DNA of 64,000 nucleotides from an uncultured Bacteroidales bacterium (GTDB lineage Bacteria; Bacteroidota; Bacteroidia; Bacteroidales; JAUNSR01), in NCBI GenBank assembly GCA_947074145.1, contig CAMTOJ010000008.1:32557-96556 (forward strand), read 5' to 3'. Each line of letters opens with the position of its first letter. Positions within the stretch are counted from its first letter, which is position 1. The notes below the pieces were generated by a model that searched no databases, was not told the DNA's origin, and was given only the letters and a program-made list of their open reading frames with translations. Below, one piece after another: positions 41,160 to 50,044 of this stretch. A program made the translations under genes and the position numbers.

Positions 41160-41628
41160 TCTTAGTTATGCTATTAATTTAGATTAATCATATATCGAAT
41201 CATAATAATGTCTATTTACATAAATAGAGATTATTATGACAATTAAAGATTTTGCAGAGACAAAAATAATCAAAAACTTACTCGTCACAGACCCATTAGA
41301 TTATTTAGTCACTTTATGTCTATATTTAACAATAATAATTATAAATATGTTTCGTATTAAAAAACATATTTTATCGTTTTAATTTTGAATAATCAATTGG
41401 CGATATATTAAATATCATTTTAAAGTCTTTTGGGAAATATTTAGGATAAAAGAATCACACATTATATTTCTTATCCTAACATAATTCAATAAGTAGAATC
41501 CGTTATTATTATCTTAACTCTTAAATATCACATAAACTTCAAGAGTAACAGAATCGTCAAAACAGGTAATAATTTAGTCAAATACATAGAGTACTATTAT
41601 GTCGTTTTTGTTTATCATTCAATATGGC

Positions 41629-41636
41629 TATATTTG
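41629..41636 (+). promoter_or_regulatory. candidate promoter for the GH97 gene (-7 TAnnTTTG with -33 TTTG)
   Basis: tatatttg at 41629-41636 with TTTG at 41607-41610 (18-nt spacer). ATG at 41685. Confidence 0.4.
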
Positions 41637-41684
41637 TAATATACAAATTCACATAATTATTTTAAAACTATTTATTAACAATCA

Positions 41685-43628
41685 ATGAAAAACTATCTCT
41701 CTTTACTTTTGGCCGTAGGAGCAGCTATGCCTCTTTCTGCAAAAACTATCTCAGAAATTACCGGACCTAACGGAAACCTTATGGTTAAGGTTGATCTAAA
41801 ATCCGGAAAAGCATCTTATACGGTGCAATATAAAGATCAAACTATACTTGAACCATCTCCACTTGGACTTATCACATCACTTGGCAATTTGTCAGAGGGT
41901 CTTGAATTGAATGGAGAGATAAAGACAAAGAGTATTGAAGATACATATAGTATTCCGACAGCAAAATTCAGCACAATCAATTATGTAGCCAATGAGGTTA
42001 TTATCCCTTTAAAAGATAAAAAGAACAATCGTTTTGAAATCGTATTCCGTCTTAGCAATAATGATATTGCTTTCAGATATAACCTTCTTCCATCTAACGG
42101 AAAAAGTTACTGCAGAATAGAACGTGAAAATACAGGTTTTGATTTCCCTTCTAATACCACAACTTATATAACACCTCAGGCTCCTGCCCTTATTGGATGG
42201 GAAGAGACAAAACCAAGTTATGAAGAGGAATACACAAAGAATGAGCCTGTGGGCAGCGTTTCCCTTTATGGTGTAGGATATACATTCCCGGCTTTATTTA
42301 AAATAGGAAATGATTGGGCTCTTGTTTCTGAAACAGGTGTTGATAGTCGTTACGCAGGATGCCGTCTTGGTGAATCATCTAAAGACGGTCGTTATATGAT
42401 TGAGTTTCCTCAAGAGGGAGAGAATAACGGGTTAGGCTCTTCAGAAATAGGAATGACTCTTCCGGGACATACTCCATGGAGAACTATCACGGTGGGTGAT
42501 AATCTAAAACCGATAGTTGAAACTACAGTTGCTCTTGATGTCGTAGAACCGCTTTATGAGGCATCACAAGAGTATAAATATGGTAAAGGGACATGGAGCT
42601 GGATTGTATGGCAAGATGAAAGTTGTAATTACGATGATCAAGTGAAGTTTATCGATCTTGCTTCAAAAGTTGGAATAGAATTTATTCTAATTGATGCACA
42701 CTGGAATTATCAGATTGGTTACGACAGAATGCCCGAACTTATAAAATATGCTCAATCGAAAAATGTTGATGTTTGGTTGTGGTATAATTCAAACGGTTAT
42801 TGGAACAATGCACCTCAAGGGCCTAAAGGTAAGATGGATAAATCATATATTCGTCAAAGAGAGATGCAGTGGATGAAAGATCTTGGAGTAAAGGGTATCA
42901 AGGTGGACTTCTTTGCAGGAGATAAACAGGAAACAATGAAACTTTATGAAGATATACTTAACGATGCTAACAACTATGGTTTGATGGTGGATTTCCACGG
43001 AACTACTCTTCCTCGCGGTTGGGAAAGAATGTTTCCTAATTTCATAGGAAGTGAAGCGGTTCTTGCATCTGAGAATGTTTATTTCTCAGAATACCATGCA
43101 AAAAAACAAGTTGAATGTAGCACCATTATTCCGTTCATACGCGGTGCAGCAGCCTCAACTGAATATGGTGGCGTTTTCCTTAATGAATATTTCTCAAAAG
43201 ATAATAAAACCAGACATAAACGTTATTCTACAGATGCTTATGAGTTGGCAACATTGATTCATTATTTCTGTCCGATACAGTTTCTTGCAATAACACCTAA
43301 CAATCTTGATGAGAAACCTCAATATGTGTTCGATTTTATTCGTGACGTACCGACTACATGGGATGAAACAAAATTTGTTGATGGTAAGATTGGTGAATAT
43401 TGCGTTCTGATGCGTCGTAAAGGTGATAAATGGTATCTATCAGGTACAAATGCGCTTAATAAACCTTTAGTTTTGACTGTTGATGTTCCTGAACTTGCAG
43501 GCAAAAGCGTTAAGATGATTGCTGATGCAAAAGATCGTACATCAACTCTTAAAGATGTAAAAGTAGCTAAGAACGGAAAACTAAAACTTGAGATGCTTAA
43601 TGAGGGTGGTATCGTAGTTTTTGAATAA
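41685..43628 (+). CDS. glycoside hydrolase family 97 (alpha-glucosidase/alpha-galactosidase type)
   Basis: 647 aa with a signal peptide. N-terminal beta-sandwich, central TIM barrel (GKGTWSWIVW, EFILIDAHWN, GIKVDFFAGD, MVDFHGTTLPRGWERMFPN) and a C-terminal beta domain. Confidence 0.78.
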   Translation: MKNYLSLLLAVGAAMPLSAKTISEITGPNGNLMVKVDLKSGKASYTVQYKDQTILEPSPLGLITSLGNLSEGLELNGEIKTKSIEDTYSIPTAKFSTINYVANEVIIPLKDKKNNRFEIVFRLSNNDIAFRYNLLPSNGKSYCRIERENTGFDFPSNTTTYITPQAPALIGWEETKPSYEEEYTKNEPVGSVSLYGVGYTFPALFKIGNDWALVSETGVDSRYAGCRLGESSKDGRYMIEFPQEGENNGLGSSEIGMTLPGHTPWRTITVGDNLKPIVETTVALDVVEPLYEASQEYKYGKGTWSWIVWQDESCNYDDQVKFIDLASKVGIEFILIDAHWNYQIGYDRMPELIKYAQSKNVDVWLWYNSNGYWNNAPQGPKGKMDKSYIRQREMQWMKDLGVKGIKVDFFAGDKQETMKLYEDILNDANNYGLMVDFHGTTLPRGWERMFPNFIGSEAVLASENVYFSEYHAKKQVECSTIIPFIRGAAASTEYGGVFLNEYFSKDNKTRHKRYSTDAYELATLIHYFCPIQFLAITPNNLDEKPQYVFDFIRDVPTTWDETKFVDGKIGEYCVLMRRKGDKWYLSGTNALNKPLVLTVDVPELAGKSVKMIADAKDRTSTLKDVKVAKNGKLKLEMLNEGGIVVFE

Positions 43629-43650
43629 TTTAATTACACATTTAATATAT

Positions 43651-43690
43651 AAATCCGCTTATAAGATAAATTCTTATAGCGGATTTTTTT
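43651..43690 (+). terminator. intrinsic terminator after the GH97 gene
   Basis: aaatccgcttataag (43651-43665) pairs with cttatagcggattt (43673-43686), followed by a T-run. Confidence 0.85.
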
Positions 43691-43910
43691 ATGCTGATTT
43701 TTTATGTAAAACTTAAATAACCCACATAATATTTTAAACTGCTGAGGAATTCAATTTTATGAGTAATTATTTTATGATGAAAAAGAACTCATCAAAAAAT
43801 GGATTTGTTATATATCATAGAAATAACAATAAATAGATTTTCTAAATTGATCATTATTGAAAAAAATATTGATCATTATAAGATTCTATTCATATACTGA
43901 TATATAACAT

Positions 43911-44330
43911 ATGAAGAATTTCTTATTTCCTTATAACAATTACGATACAAGAACCTCAATACTTTTACTTGCAGTAAGATTGGTTGTTGGAATAATGTTC
44001 ATAACAAATGGTATTGAAAAAATAGAAAACTTCAAAACTCTTAGTGATACATTCCCAAACCTTATTGGATTGGGAAGCGAATTGTCATTAATCCTTTCGA
44101 TATTCGCTGAATTTGTTTGTACCCTTGGGTTTATCACAGGATTTCTATATAGGTTATCTTTGATTGCTATCATATTTAATATGTTTGTTGCAACATTTTT
44201 ATATGCACCTCATTCCAGCTTTCATCATAGAGAACTTGCCATGTTGTATTTTGTGGTATTTATTTTTATGTTCTTTGCCAAAGCTGGACGTTATTCACTT
44301 GACTTCTTATTCTTTCAAAAAAAGCGATGA
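43911..44330 (+). CDS. DoxX-family membrane protein
   Basis: 139 aa with four TM helices and the RLVVGIMFITNGIEK pattern. Confidence 0.72.
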   Translation: MKNFLFPYNNYDTRTSILLLAVRLVVGIMFITNGIEKIENFKTLSDTFPNLIGLGSELSLILSIFAEFVCTLGFITGFLYRLSLIAIIFNMFVATFLYAPHSSFHHRELAMLYFVVFIFMFFAKAGRYSLDFLFFQKKR

Positions 44331-44366
44331 AATAACCGGTATTTATCGGTTATTTCATCGTTTTAT
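44325..44366 (+). terminator. intrinsic terminator overlapping the doxX stop codon
   Basis: cgatgaaataaccg (44325-44338) pairs with cggttatttcatcg (44347-44360), followed by ttttat. Confidence 0.75.
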
Positions 44367-44428
44367 ACTTATTGACTTAGTTATACTGACTCAATTTTAT
44401 TTATAGGTAATACTATTGCTTTCAATTA

Positions 44429-46885
44429 TCAGTTTGTTTTAATAACAGTTGTCGCCTCTTCAAATCCCTCAGCCGATACCTTTAGAAGTATCTCCCCTTT
44501 TTCACCATTTGGCTGAACTATCGCAATTGCATTGCCACGGAATGTTTTCGGATTCATTGATCTGAAACTATGCATATCTGCATAAGCACCATTACCGGAA
44601 GCTATAACATTACCATTACCCGAGCAGCTGATCTTTATAGGTATTTCGGCATCAGGAACAATATTTCCCTCTTTATCAAGAATCTCAATTTTGACATAAG
44701 AAAGATCGCTTTTTGATGCCCGGATATCAATTCTGTCAGCAATAAGACGTATTGAAGCAGGCTCTCCAGAGGTTTTCAATATAAATGATTCTCTTTTTTT
44801 ATCCACATTTTCAGCTCTCAATTCACCCGGAGAATAATCGACTTCAAACGTTGCCGTATAAGATTCGGGATCGGTCTGTTTCTCGCCAATAAGATTTCCA
44901 TCTTTATAAAGACGAACTTTAGGAGCTCGACTATATACATTAACTCTCATTGGTTGATTTTCATATCCCGGCCAGTTCCAGGTAAGTAGTTCATCAGTCC
45001 ATCCCCATCCGTTAACCACCTCATTTTTTCCGGGAGCCACGGGACGTCTAACAGCCATGACAATCGGTCGCTCACGCCAAACTATATCCCTATAATATGA
45101 TTGAGGTTTCTTATCACCACAAAAATCGATATCACCGCACCATGCATTGTACCATGGCCAACCCATGAACTGAGAATCATGCTCTCCAGGAGCAAGCTCA
45201 AGAGCATGTCCCAATCCGGCTTCTCCGATATAGTCAATTGCTGTCCATACGAAATCCCCTATTATGTAAGGATGTTTCTCTACAAGATTCCAATTGATAG
45301 CGGCATCCTTTGGATAAGATTCACTTCCGTAAATCACTCTTTCAGGATATGACTTATGATCACTTTCATATTTCCACCATACATAGTTATACCCTGCAAC
45401 ATCGACGTTCTGAAAAGCACGATAAGAATCATTATCCCATTTGAAGTGACGTCTATCCCAGAAATCATTAGCACCAATTGTTGTATATCGGGATTTATCA
45501 TAATTTTCAATTGTGGAAACAAGTCTTTTGGAGATGATATCACCTTGAGGGATATCTGCTCTTTGCTCAATTTCATTACCTATACTCCACATAATAATAG
45601 ATGGATGATTTCGATCACGACGAATAGAAGCAATCAAATCGCGATCGCTCCATTCATCGAAAAACTGTGCATAATCATTCTCTCTTTTTGGCTTTTGCCA
45701 TTGATCGAAAGTTTCATGAATTACAAGCATTCCAAGACGGTCGCAGGCATCAAGAAAAGCTTCCGACACCTGATTGTGGGCACATCTGACAGCATTATAA
45801 CCATTCTTTTTAAGCAGTTCAACCTTCTTTTCCTCTGCTCTGTCGAATGCGGCTGCTCCTAAAAGACCATTGTCGTGGTGTACACAACCACCTTTGAGCT
45901 TCATTGATTTACCGTTTAACAGAAACCCTTTATCAGCCGAAAAAGAAATTGAACGAATACCGAAAGGTATTGTAATTGAATCAAGTTTTTGGTCAGATAT
46001 GGAACTTAATGTAATTTCTGCACTATATAATTGAGGAGAATCTACCGACCAAAGTTCCGGGCGGGATATATTGAATTTTGTCTCAAACGTAGTTTGTCCC
46101 GATTGTACAAGATTTAATTTCTGATTGGAAGAATATACCTCTTTACCCTTAGGAGAGAAGATTTTCAGATTAATATTTGCTTGTTGCAAAGATTTATCGC
46201 TGCTATGAAGTATAGTAGAGAAGTTTACGATAGCTTTTTTATCTTTTATCTCTGAGGCATCGATATAGGTATCCCACTCTTCAATATATGATTTTTCGGT
46301 TTTTATGATTCTTACATTTCTAAAGATACCCGAACCACCATACCAACGACTATTTTCTCCCACGTTAAGCACACGAACTGCAATACTGTTTTTTACTCCC
46401 GGGTCATTGCAATAAGGAGTCAGATCAATTTTATATGAAGTATAACCGTAAGGATTGAAATACACCTTTTTTCCGTTTATATAAACTTCGGAATTATTGT
46501 AAACTCCTTCAAAATAGAGTGTAATTATCTTCTCTTTATCGTCAGAGTCGAGTGTAAATTCTTTTCTGTACCATCCCTCACCTCCTAATGTTTGTCCAAG
46601 ATCAATACCACCGGCGCCACCTTCATTAACTACGCAGAAAGGGCCTACCGTGATTCCCTGTTTTTGAATAGGAGCCGGCTCGACACTCCAGTCGTGCGGA
46701 ACATCAAGAACTCTCCATTTTGAATCATTGAAATCAGGCATCTCCGCATTGGCAATACTACCACGCCAAAATTTCCAGTTTTCATTAAAAAGCATGTTCC
46801 TCTCAGATGCTTCGGCTAAAAACGGATTACCGAGAGCTATGAGCATAATGAATTTTGCTAATCGATTCTTTTCTATCACTTTCAT
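44429..46885 (-). CDS. glycoside hydrolase family 2 (beta-galactosidase-like), secreted
   Basis: 818 aa with a sugar-binding domain (WRVLDVPHDWS) and TIM barrel with NHPSIIMWSIGNEI (acid/base Glu). C-terminal Ig-like/DUF4982-type domains. Confidence 0.85.
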   Translation of the reverse strand: MKVIEKNRLAKFIMLIALGNPFLAEASERNMLFNENWKFWRGSIANAEMPDFNDSKWRVLDVPHDWSVEPAPIQKQGITVGPFCVVNEGGAGGIDLGQTLGGEGWYRKEFTLDSDDKEKIITLYFEGVYNNSEVYINGKKVYFNPYGYTSYKIDLTPYCNDPGVKNSIAVRVLNVGENSRWYGGSGIFRNVRIIKTEKSYIEEWDTYIDASEIKDKKAIVNFSTILHSSDKSLQQANINLKIFSPKGKEVYSSNQKLNLVQSGQTTFETKFNISRPELWSVDSPQLYSAEITLSSISDQKLDSITIPFGIRSISFSADKGFLLNGKSMKLKGGCVHHDNGLLGAAAFDRAEEKKVELLKKNGYNAVRCAHNQVSEAFLDACDRLGMLVIHETFDQWQKPKRENDYAQFFDEWSDRDLIASIRRDRNHPSIIMWSIGNEIEQRADIPQGDIISKRLVSTIENYDKSRYTTIGANDFWDRRHFKWDNDSYRAFQNVDVAGYNYVWWKYESDHKSYPERVIYGSESYPKDAAINWNLVEKHPYIIGDFVWTAIDYIGEAGLGHALELAPGEHDSQFMGWPWYNAWCGDIDFCGDKKPQSYYRDIVWRERPIVMAVRRPVAPGKNEVVNGWGWTDELLTWNWPGYENQPMRVNVYSRAPKVRLYKDGNLIGEKQTDPESYTATFEVDYSPGELRAENVDKKRESFILKTSGEPASIRLIADRIDIRASKSDLSYVKIEILDKEGNIVPDAEIPIKISCSGNGNVIASGNGAYADMHSFRSMNPKTFRGNAIAIVQPNGEKGEILLKVSAEGFEEATTVIKTN

Positions 46886-47053
46886 AGATATATGTTTTAA
46901 TTGTTTTAAAGTCGAGAGAATAAATCTACACGATTATGATAAAACAAATAAAAGCAATCTACACTCAATCAGAGAGTTTATCTATTATTATATGGTTGTA
47001 AAAATGATTCATGACACTTTAGAATACCAAAATGGCACAAATTAATACCCTCT

Positions 47054-49849
47054 TTAAAGGTTATTTTTCTGCTGATATTCCGATGGTGTGATATTGAATT
47101 CCTCTTTAAAACATTTACTGAAATACTTCGGATTTGAGAATCCCAGAGAATAAGCAATCTGTGAAATATTGAGTTCTCTTTCCTTTAATAATACACATGC
47201 ACGTTGAAGTTTGATACGTCTGATATAATCAAGTGGTGTAAGACCATTTATTGATTTTAGTTTTCTATATATAGTAGATTTTGACATATTCATCTCTTCA
47301 CAGAGAATCTCAATATCAAAATCCGGACTATCGATATGATTATTTATTGATCTATTCAACAAGTGAAGAAAATGATTGTCTTCAGAAGATGTGTCATTTA
47401 AATCATCCTGAGAAAATGCTTTATTCTCGATATTTAAAGGTTTAGGAACTCTTTTAAAGATGAAAAGACGACAAACTAAATAGATTATTATCATTATTAT
47501 AATGACATAAATAATATAAGCATAAATTGTACGGAAAGCAGAAGCCTCTTTTTCAATCACCAGAAGCAGAACGGGAAGAGTTGATTTATCTTTATTATTC
47601 TCTGTTTTTACATATAATTCATAACGTCCTGCTGAAAGATTTTCATATATGATCTTATTATCATTCTTTATATTACAATTCCACTCCCGCTCTTTGCCCT
47701 TAAGTATATATGAATAATTGATAACTCCTTCTGAATTATATTTTAGATCAGAAATATTGATCTCTATATTCTTTGCAGATTTATCAATTACAATCTTATC
47801 TAAACTGTTTGGAGAATTGTTGTTCTTATCAAAAAAGATAGTTTTACTATCAATCTTAATGTCACTTATCACGATTATGCTATTCTTATTCCGATTTGCC
47901 ATAAAGCTATCAGGGCGAAAATATGTAAACCCCCCATGGCCGCCTGCGAATAAACCACCCTTGGAATCGGTATGAAAAGCTTTATGACGAAACAGATCGA
48001 CACAAATATTCTCATCATTAGTATTATAAAGTTTTATATTTTCAGTGTCAACATTATATTCAACAATTCTTTTATTAGTAGCAATACGTATTATCTCTTC
48101 ATATATTTCAAGAGATAATACAGAACAGTCGACAATCTCCTTTTCTAATAGGGAGAGATTTGTAAATCTATATTCCTGATCAGATTTAAATATCCTATCT
48201 AATGAGGTAATGAGCCAAAATGTACCTTTATATCCCATTTTAAAATAAGAGATTTTTTCTTTACTATTAAGTAAATCAAATTTTGCTATAGACTCATTCA
48301 CTATATTCTTACCCGATAGACTTACCTTATAAATAAAAGAATCTTCGGCAACAATATAAATATCACCGGTATCAGATAAAGTAACAGCATTAACCTCTAT
48401 TTTTTCATCTAAAAGATTTATTGTTTCGGGATCACTTTTTGGTCTTACAAAAAGATGTTGATTTGCTATGATCCAGAGATTTCCACAACGATCTTCAACG
48501 AAAGAAGAAATTTCACCAATATGCGGAATTTTGGATCTTAATCGGATCTCTTCCTCTACATTTATTTTCTTATTCTTTTGAGTAAGTCTTAGAAGGTTAG
48601 ATGTGCCACGTGGATTGATCCAAACTCCGGATGAATAAGAAGAACTTGTCATAAGAGCTGCTTCGGTGGAACCTGAATAATCTTCAATATTAGAGAAAGA
48701 TATTGTTTTCGTATTTAGATCATAAAGACATAAACCATATCTATCCTGACTCAACCATATCACATTATCATCATCGGGACATATATTTAATATATTAGCA
48801 TCCCACCCCAGCTTTTGTTTTATGGATGACAAAGGATAATTGTCAGTTACAGGAGGCTTAAAGAAGATTTTATATGATCTATCATATGAGCTTAACCAAA
48901 GATTCCCTGTGCGATCTTTAAAAATACGAGTGAACATCATATTGGGATCAAGAATATGATCTATTTCAAGCAGTTCGACATTATTATTATCTTTTATACG
49001 CAAAGCATATAATTCATTATAAGACAGTGCCCAAAGATATCCGAAGGTATCATCTTTTGTAAGACTAAAAAATATGGGTTCCTCTTTTTTTGTTCGTCGG
49101 TTTTTTACTGATATCTTTTTATATGGATTATCAATGTTTTTAGAGGAAAAATGCCACAATCCATTACCCCATGTTCCTATATAATAATCTGACCCATTAT
49201 TATGATACATAACAAAAGGGGATTCTGTCTCGTGAATTAAAGGATAAGCGATAAAATTGTCTGCTTGTTTATCATAACGTAAAGGTCCTGAACCTGAGGC
49301 AATCGCCCATAATGTAGAGTCATTATCTATATAAAGAGAATTTATATTCCCCACTTTTTTCTTTTCAAAAGAGATTAACGGATACTCTTTAATCTGCTTT
49401 AAACTTTTAGAATAACGATAAAGCACACCTTCCGCTACAATCCATGTATTTAAATCAGAATCGGATATAAGCAACGAAATATGCTTATTAAAAAATTCTC
49501 CGGCTGTGAATGATGATATGGTACACTTTTTTTTATCATAAAGATTTATCCCTTTTCTTGTGGCAATCCATATATGAGAGCCATCGTCAGATATAGCTCC
49601 CGTTGAATTGTCACAAAGTAGATCCGGATTATGTTGATCAGATTTAAAATTACGTAATTCATAGCCATCATATCTGGCAAGACCATTAGTGGTACATATC
49701 CATAAAAATCCATCTTTATCCTGATTGATATCCCATATTTCATTAGACGGGAGCTGATAAAAAAATGGTATCTGTTCTGCAATTATTTTTTGAGCTTTCG
49801 ATGGAGTGAAAAGGAATAGAAAAAATAATATGGTATATAGTAATTTCAT
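47054..49849 (-). CDS. HTCS-like sensor/regulator: periplasmic two-component-regulator propellers plus YYY domain, one TM, then directly an AraC-type HTH (no HisKA/HATPase/receiver)
   Basis: 931 aa with a signal peptide and repeated propeller motifs (DGFLWICTTNGLARYD, GNLWLSSYD, GNLWIIAN). YYY-like RYELYVK, and a TM AYIIYVIIIMIIIYLVCRLFIF near residue 780. Only ~35 aa separate the TM from the HTH (STIYRKLKSINGLTPLDYIRRIKLQRA ... GFSNPKYFSKCFKEEF). Confidence 0.8.
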   Translation of the reverse strand: MKLLYTILFFLFLFTPSKAQKIIAEQIPFFYQLPSNEIWDINQDKDGFLWICTTNGLARYDGYELRNFKSDQHNPDLLCDNSTGAISDDGSHIWIATRKGINLYDKKKCTISSFTAGEFFNKHISLLISDSDLNTWIVAEGVLYRYSKSLKQIKEYPLISFEKKKVGNINSLYIDNDSTLWAIASGSGPLRYDKQADNFIAYPLIHETESPFVMYHNNGSDYYIGTWGNGLWHFSSKNIDNPYKKISVKNRRTKKEEPIFFSLTKDDTFGYLWALSYNELYALRIKDNNNVELLEIDHILDPNMMFTRIFKDRTGNLWLSSYDRSYKIFFKPPVTDNYPLSSIKQKLGWDANILNICPDDDNVIWLSQDRYGLCLYDLNTKTISFSNIEDYSGSTEAALMTSSSYSSGVWINPRGTSNLLRLTQKNKKINVEEEIRLRSKIPHIGEISSFVEDRCGNLWIIANQHLFVRPKSDPETINLLDEKIEVNAVTLSDTGDIYIVAEDSFIYKVSLSGKNIVNESIAKFDLLNSKEKISYFKMGYKGTFWLITSLDRIFKSDQEYRFTNLSLLEKEIVDCSVLSLEIYEEIIRIATNKRIVEYNVDTENIKLYNTNDENICVDLFRHKAFHTDSKGGLFAGGHGGFTYFRPDSFMANRNKNSIIVISDIKIDSKTIFFDKNNNSPNSLDKIVIDKSAKNIEINISDLKYNSEGVINYSYILKGKEREWNCNIKNDNKIIYENLSAGRYELYVKTENNKDKSTLPVLLLVIEKEASAFRTIYAYIIYVIIIMIIIYLVCRLFIFKRVPKPLNIENKAFSQDDLNDTSSEDNHFLHLLNRSINNHIDSPDFDIEILCEEMNMSKSTIYRKLKSINGLTPLDYIRRIKLQRACVLLKERELNISQIAYSLGFSNPKYFSKCFKEEFNITPSEYQQKNNL

Positions 49850-49957
49850 AGAAAAAAGCGGATATGTTCTTTGAGTATAATGTGTCGATAGACAAATATA
49901 ATATATTCCATAAACAGATTAAAAAATATGTTGTTAAGAGCTTATTTTATAAACGAC

Positions 49958-49994
49958 AAAACGCCGAAGAGATATAATAATCTTTCGGCGTTTT
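49958..49994 (-). terminator. intrinsic terminator downstream of the 800-aa TBDR gene
   Basis: aaaacgccgaaga (49958-49970) pairs with tctttcggcgtttt (49981-49994), with a 1-nt bulge. Confidence 0.6.
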
Positions 49995-50044
49995 GGTTTT
50001 CAAATACCATACCTTTTGAAAAAAAGAATCATAATATATACGTC

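Noticed and set aside
43779-43838. 19-codon ORF MMKKNSSKNGFVIYHRNNNK in the GH97-doxX spacer.
   Set aside because: No supporting signals. Expected by chance in AT-rich DNA.
45356-45862. 168-aa plus-strand ORF, plus ORFs at 45101-45352 (plus strand) and 45334-45576 (minus strand, alternative frame).
   Set aside because: The plus-strand ORFs lie antisense to, and the minus-strand one in another frame of, the well-supported GH2 gene. No motifs or signal features.
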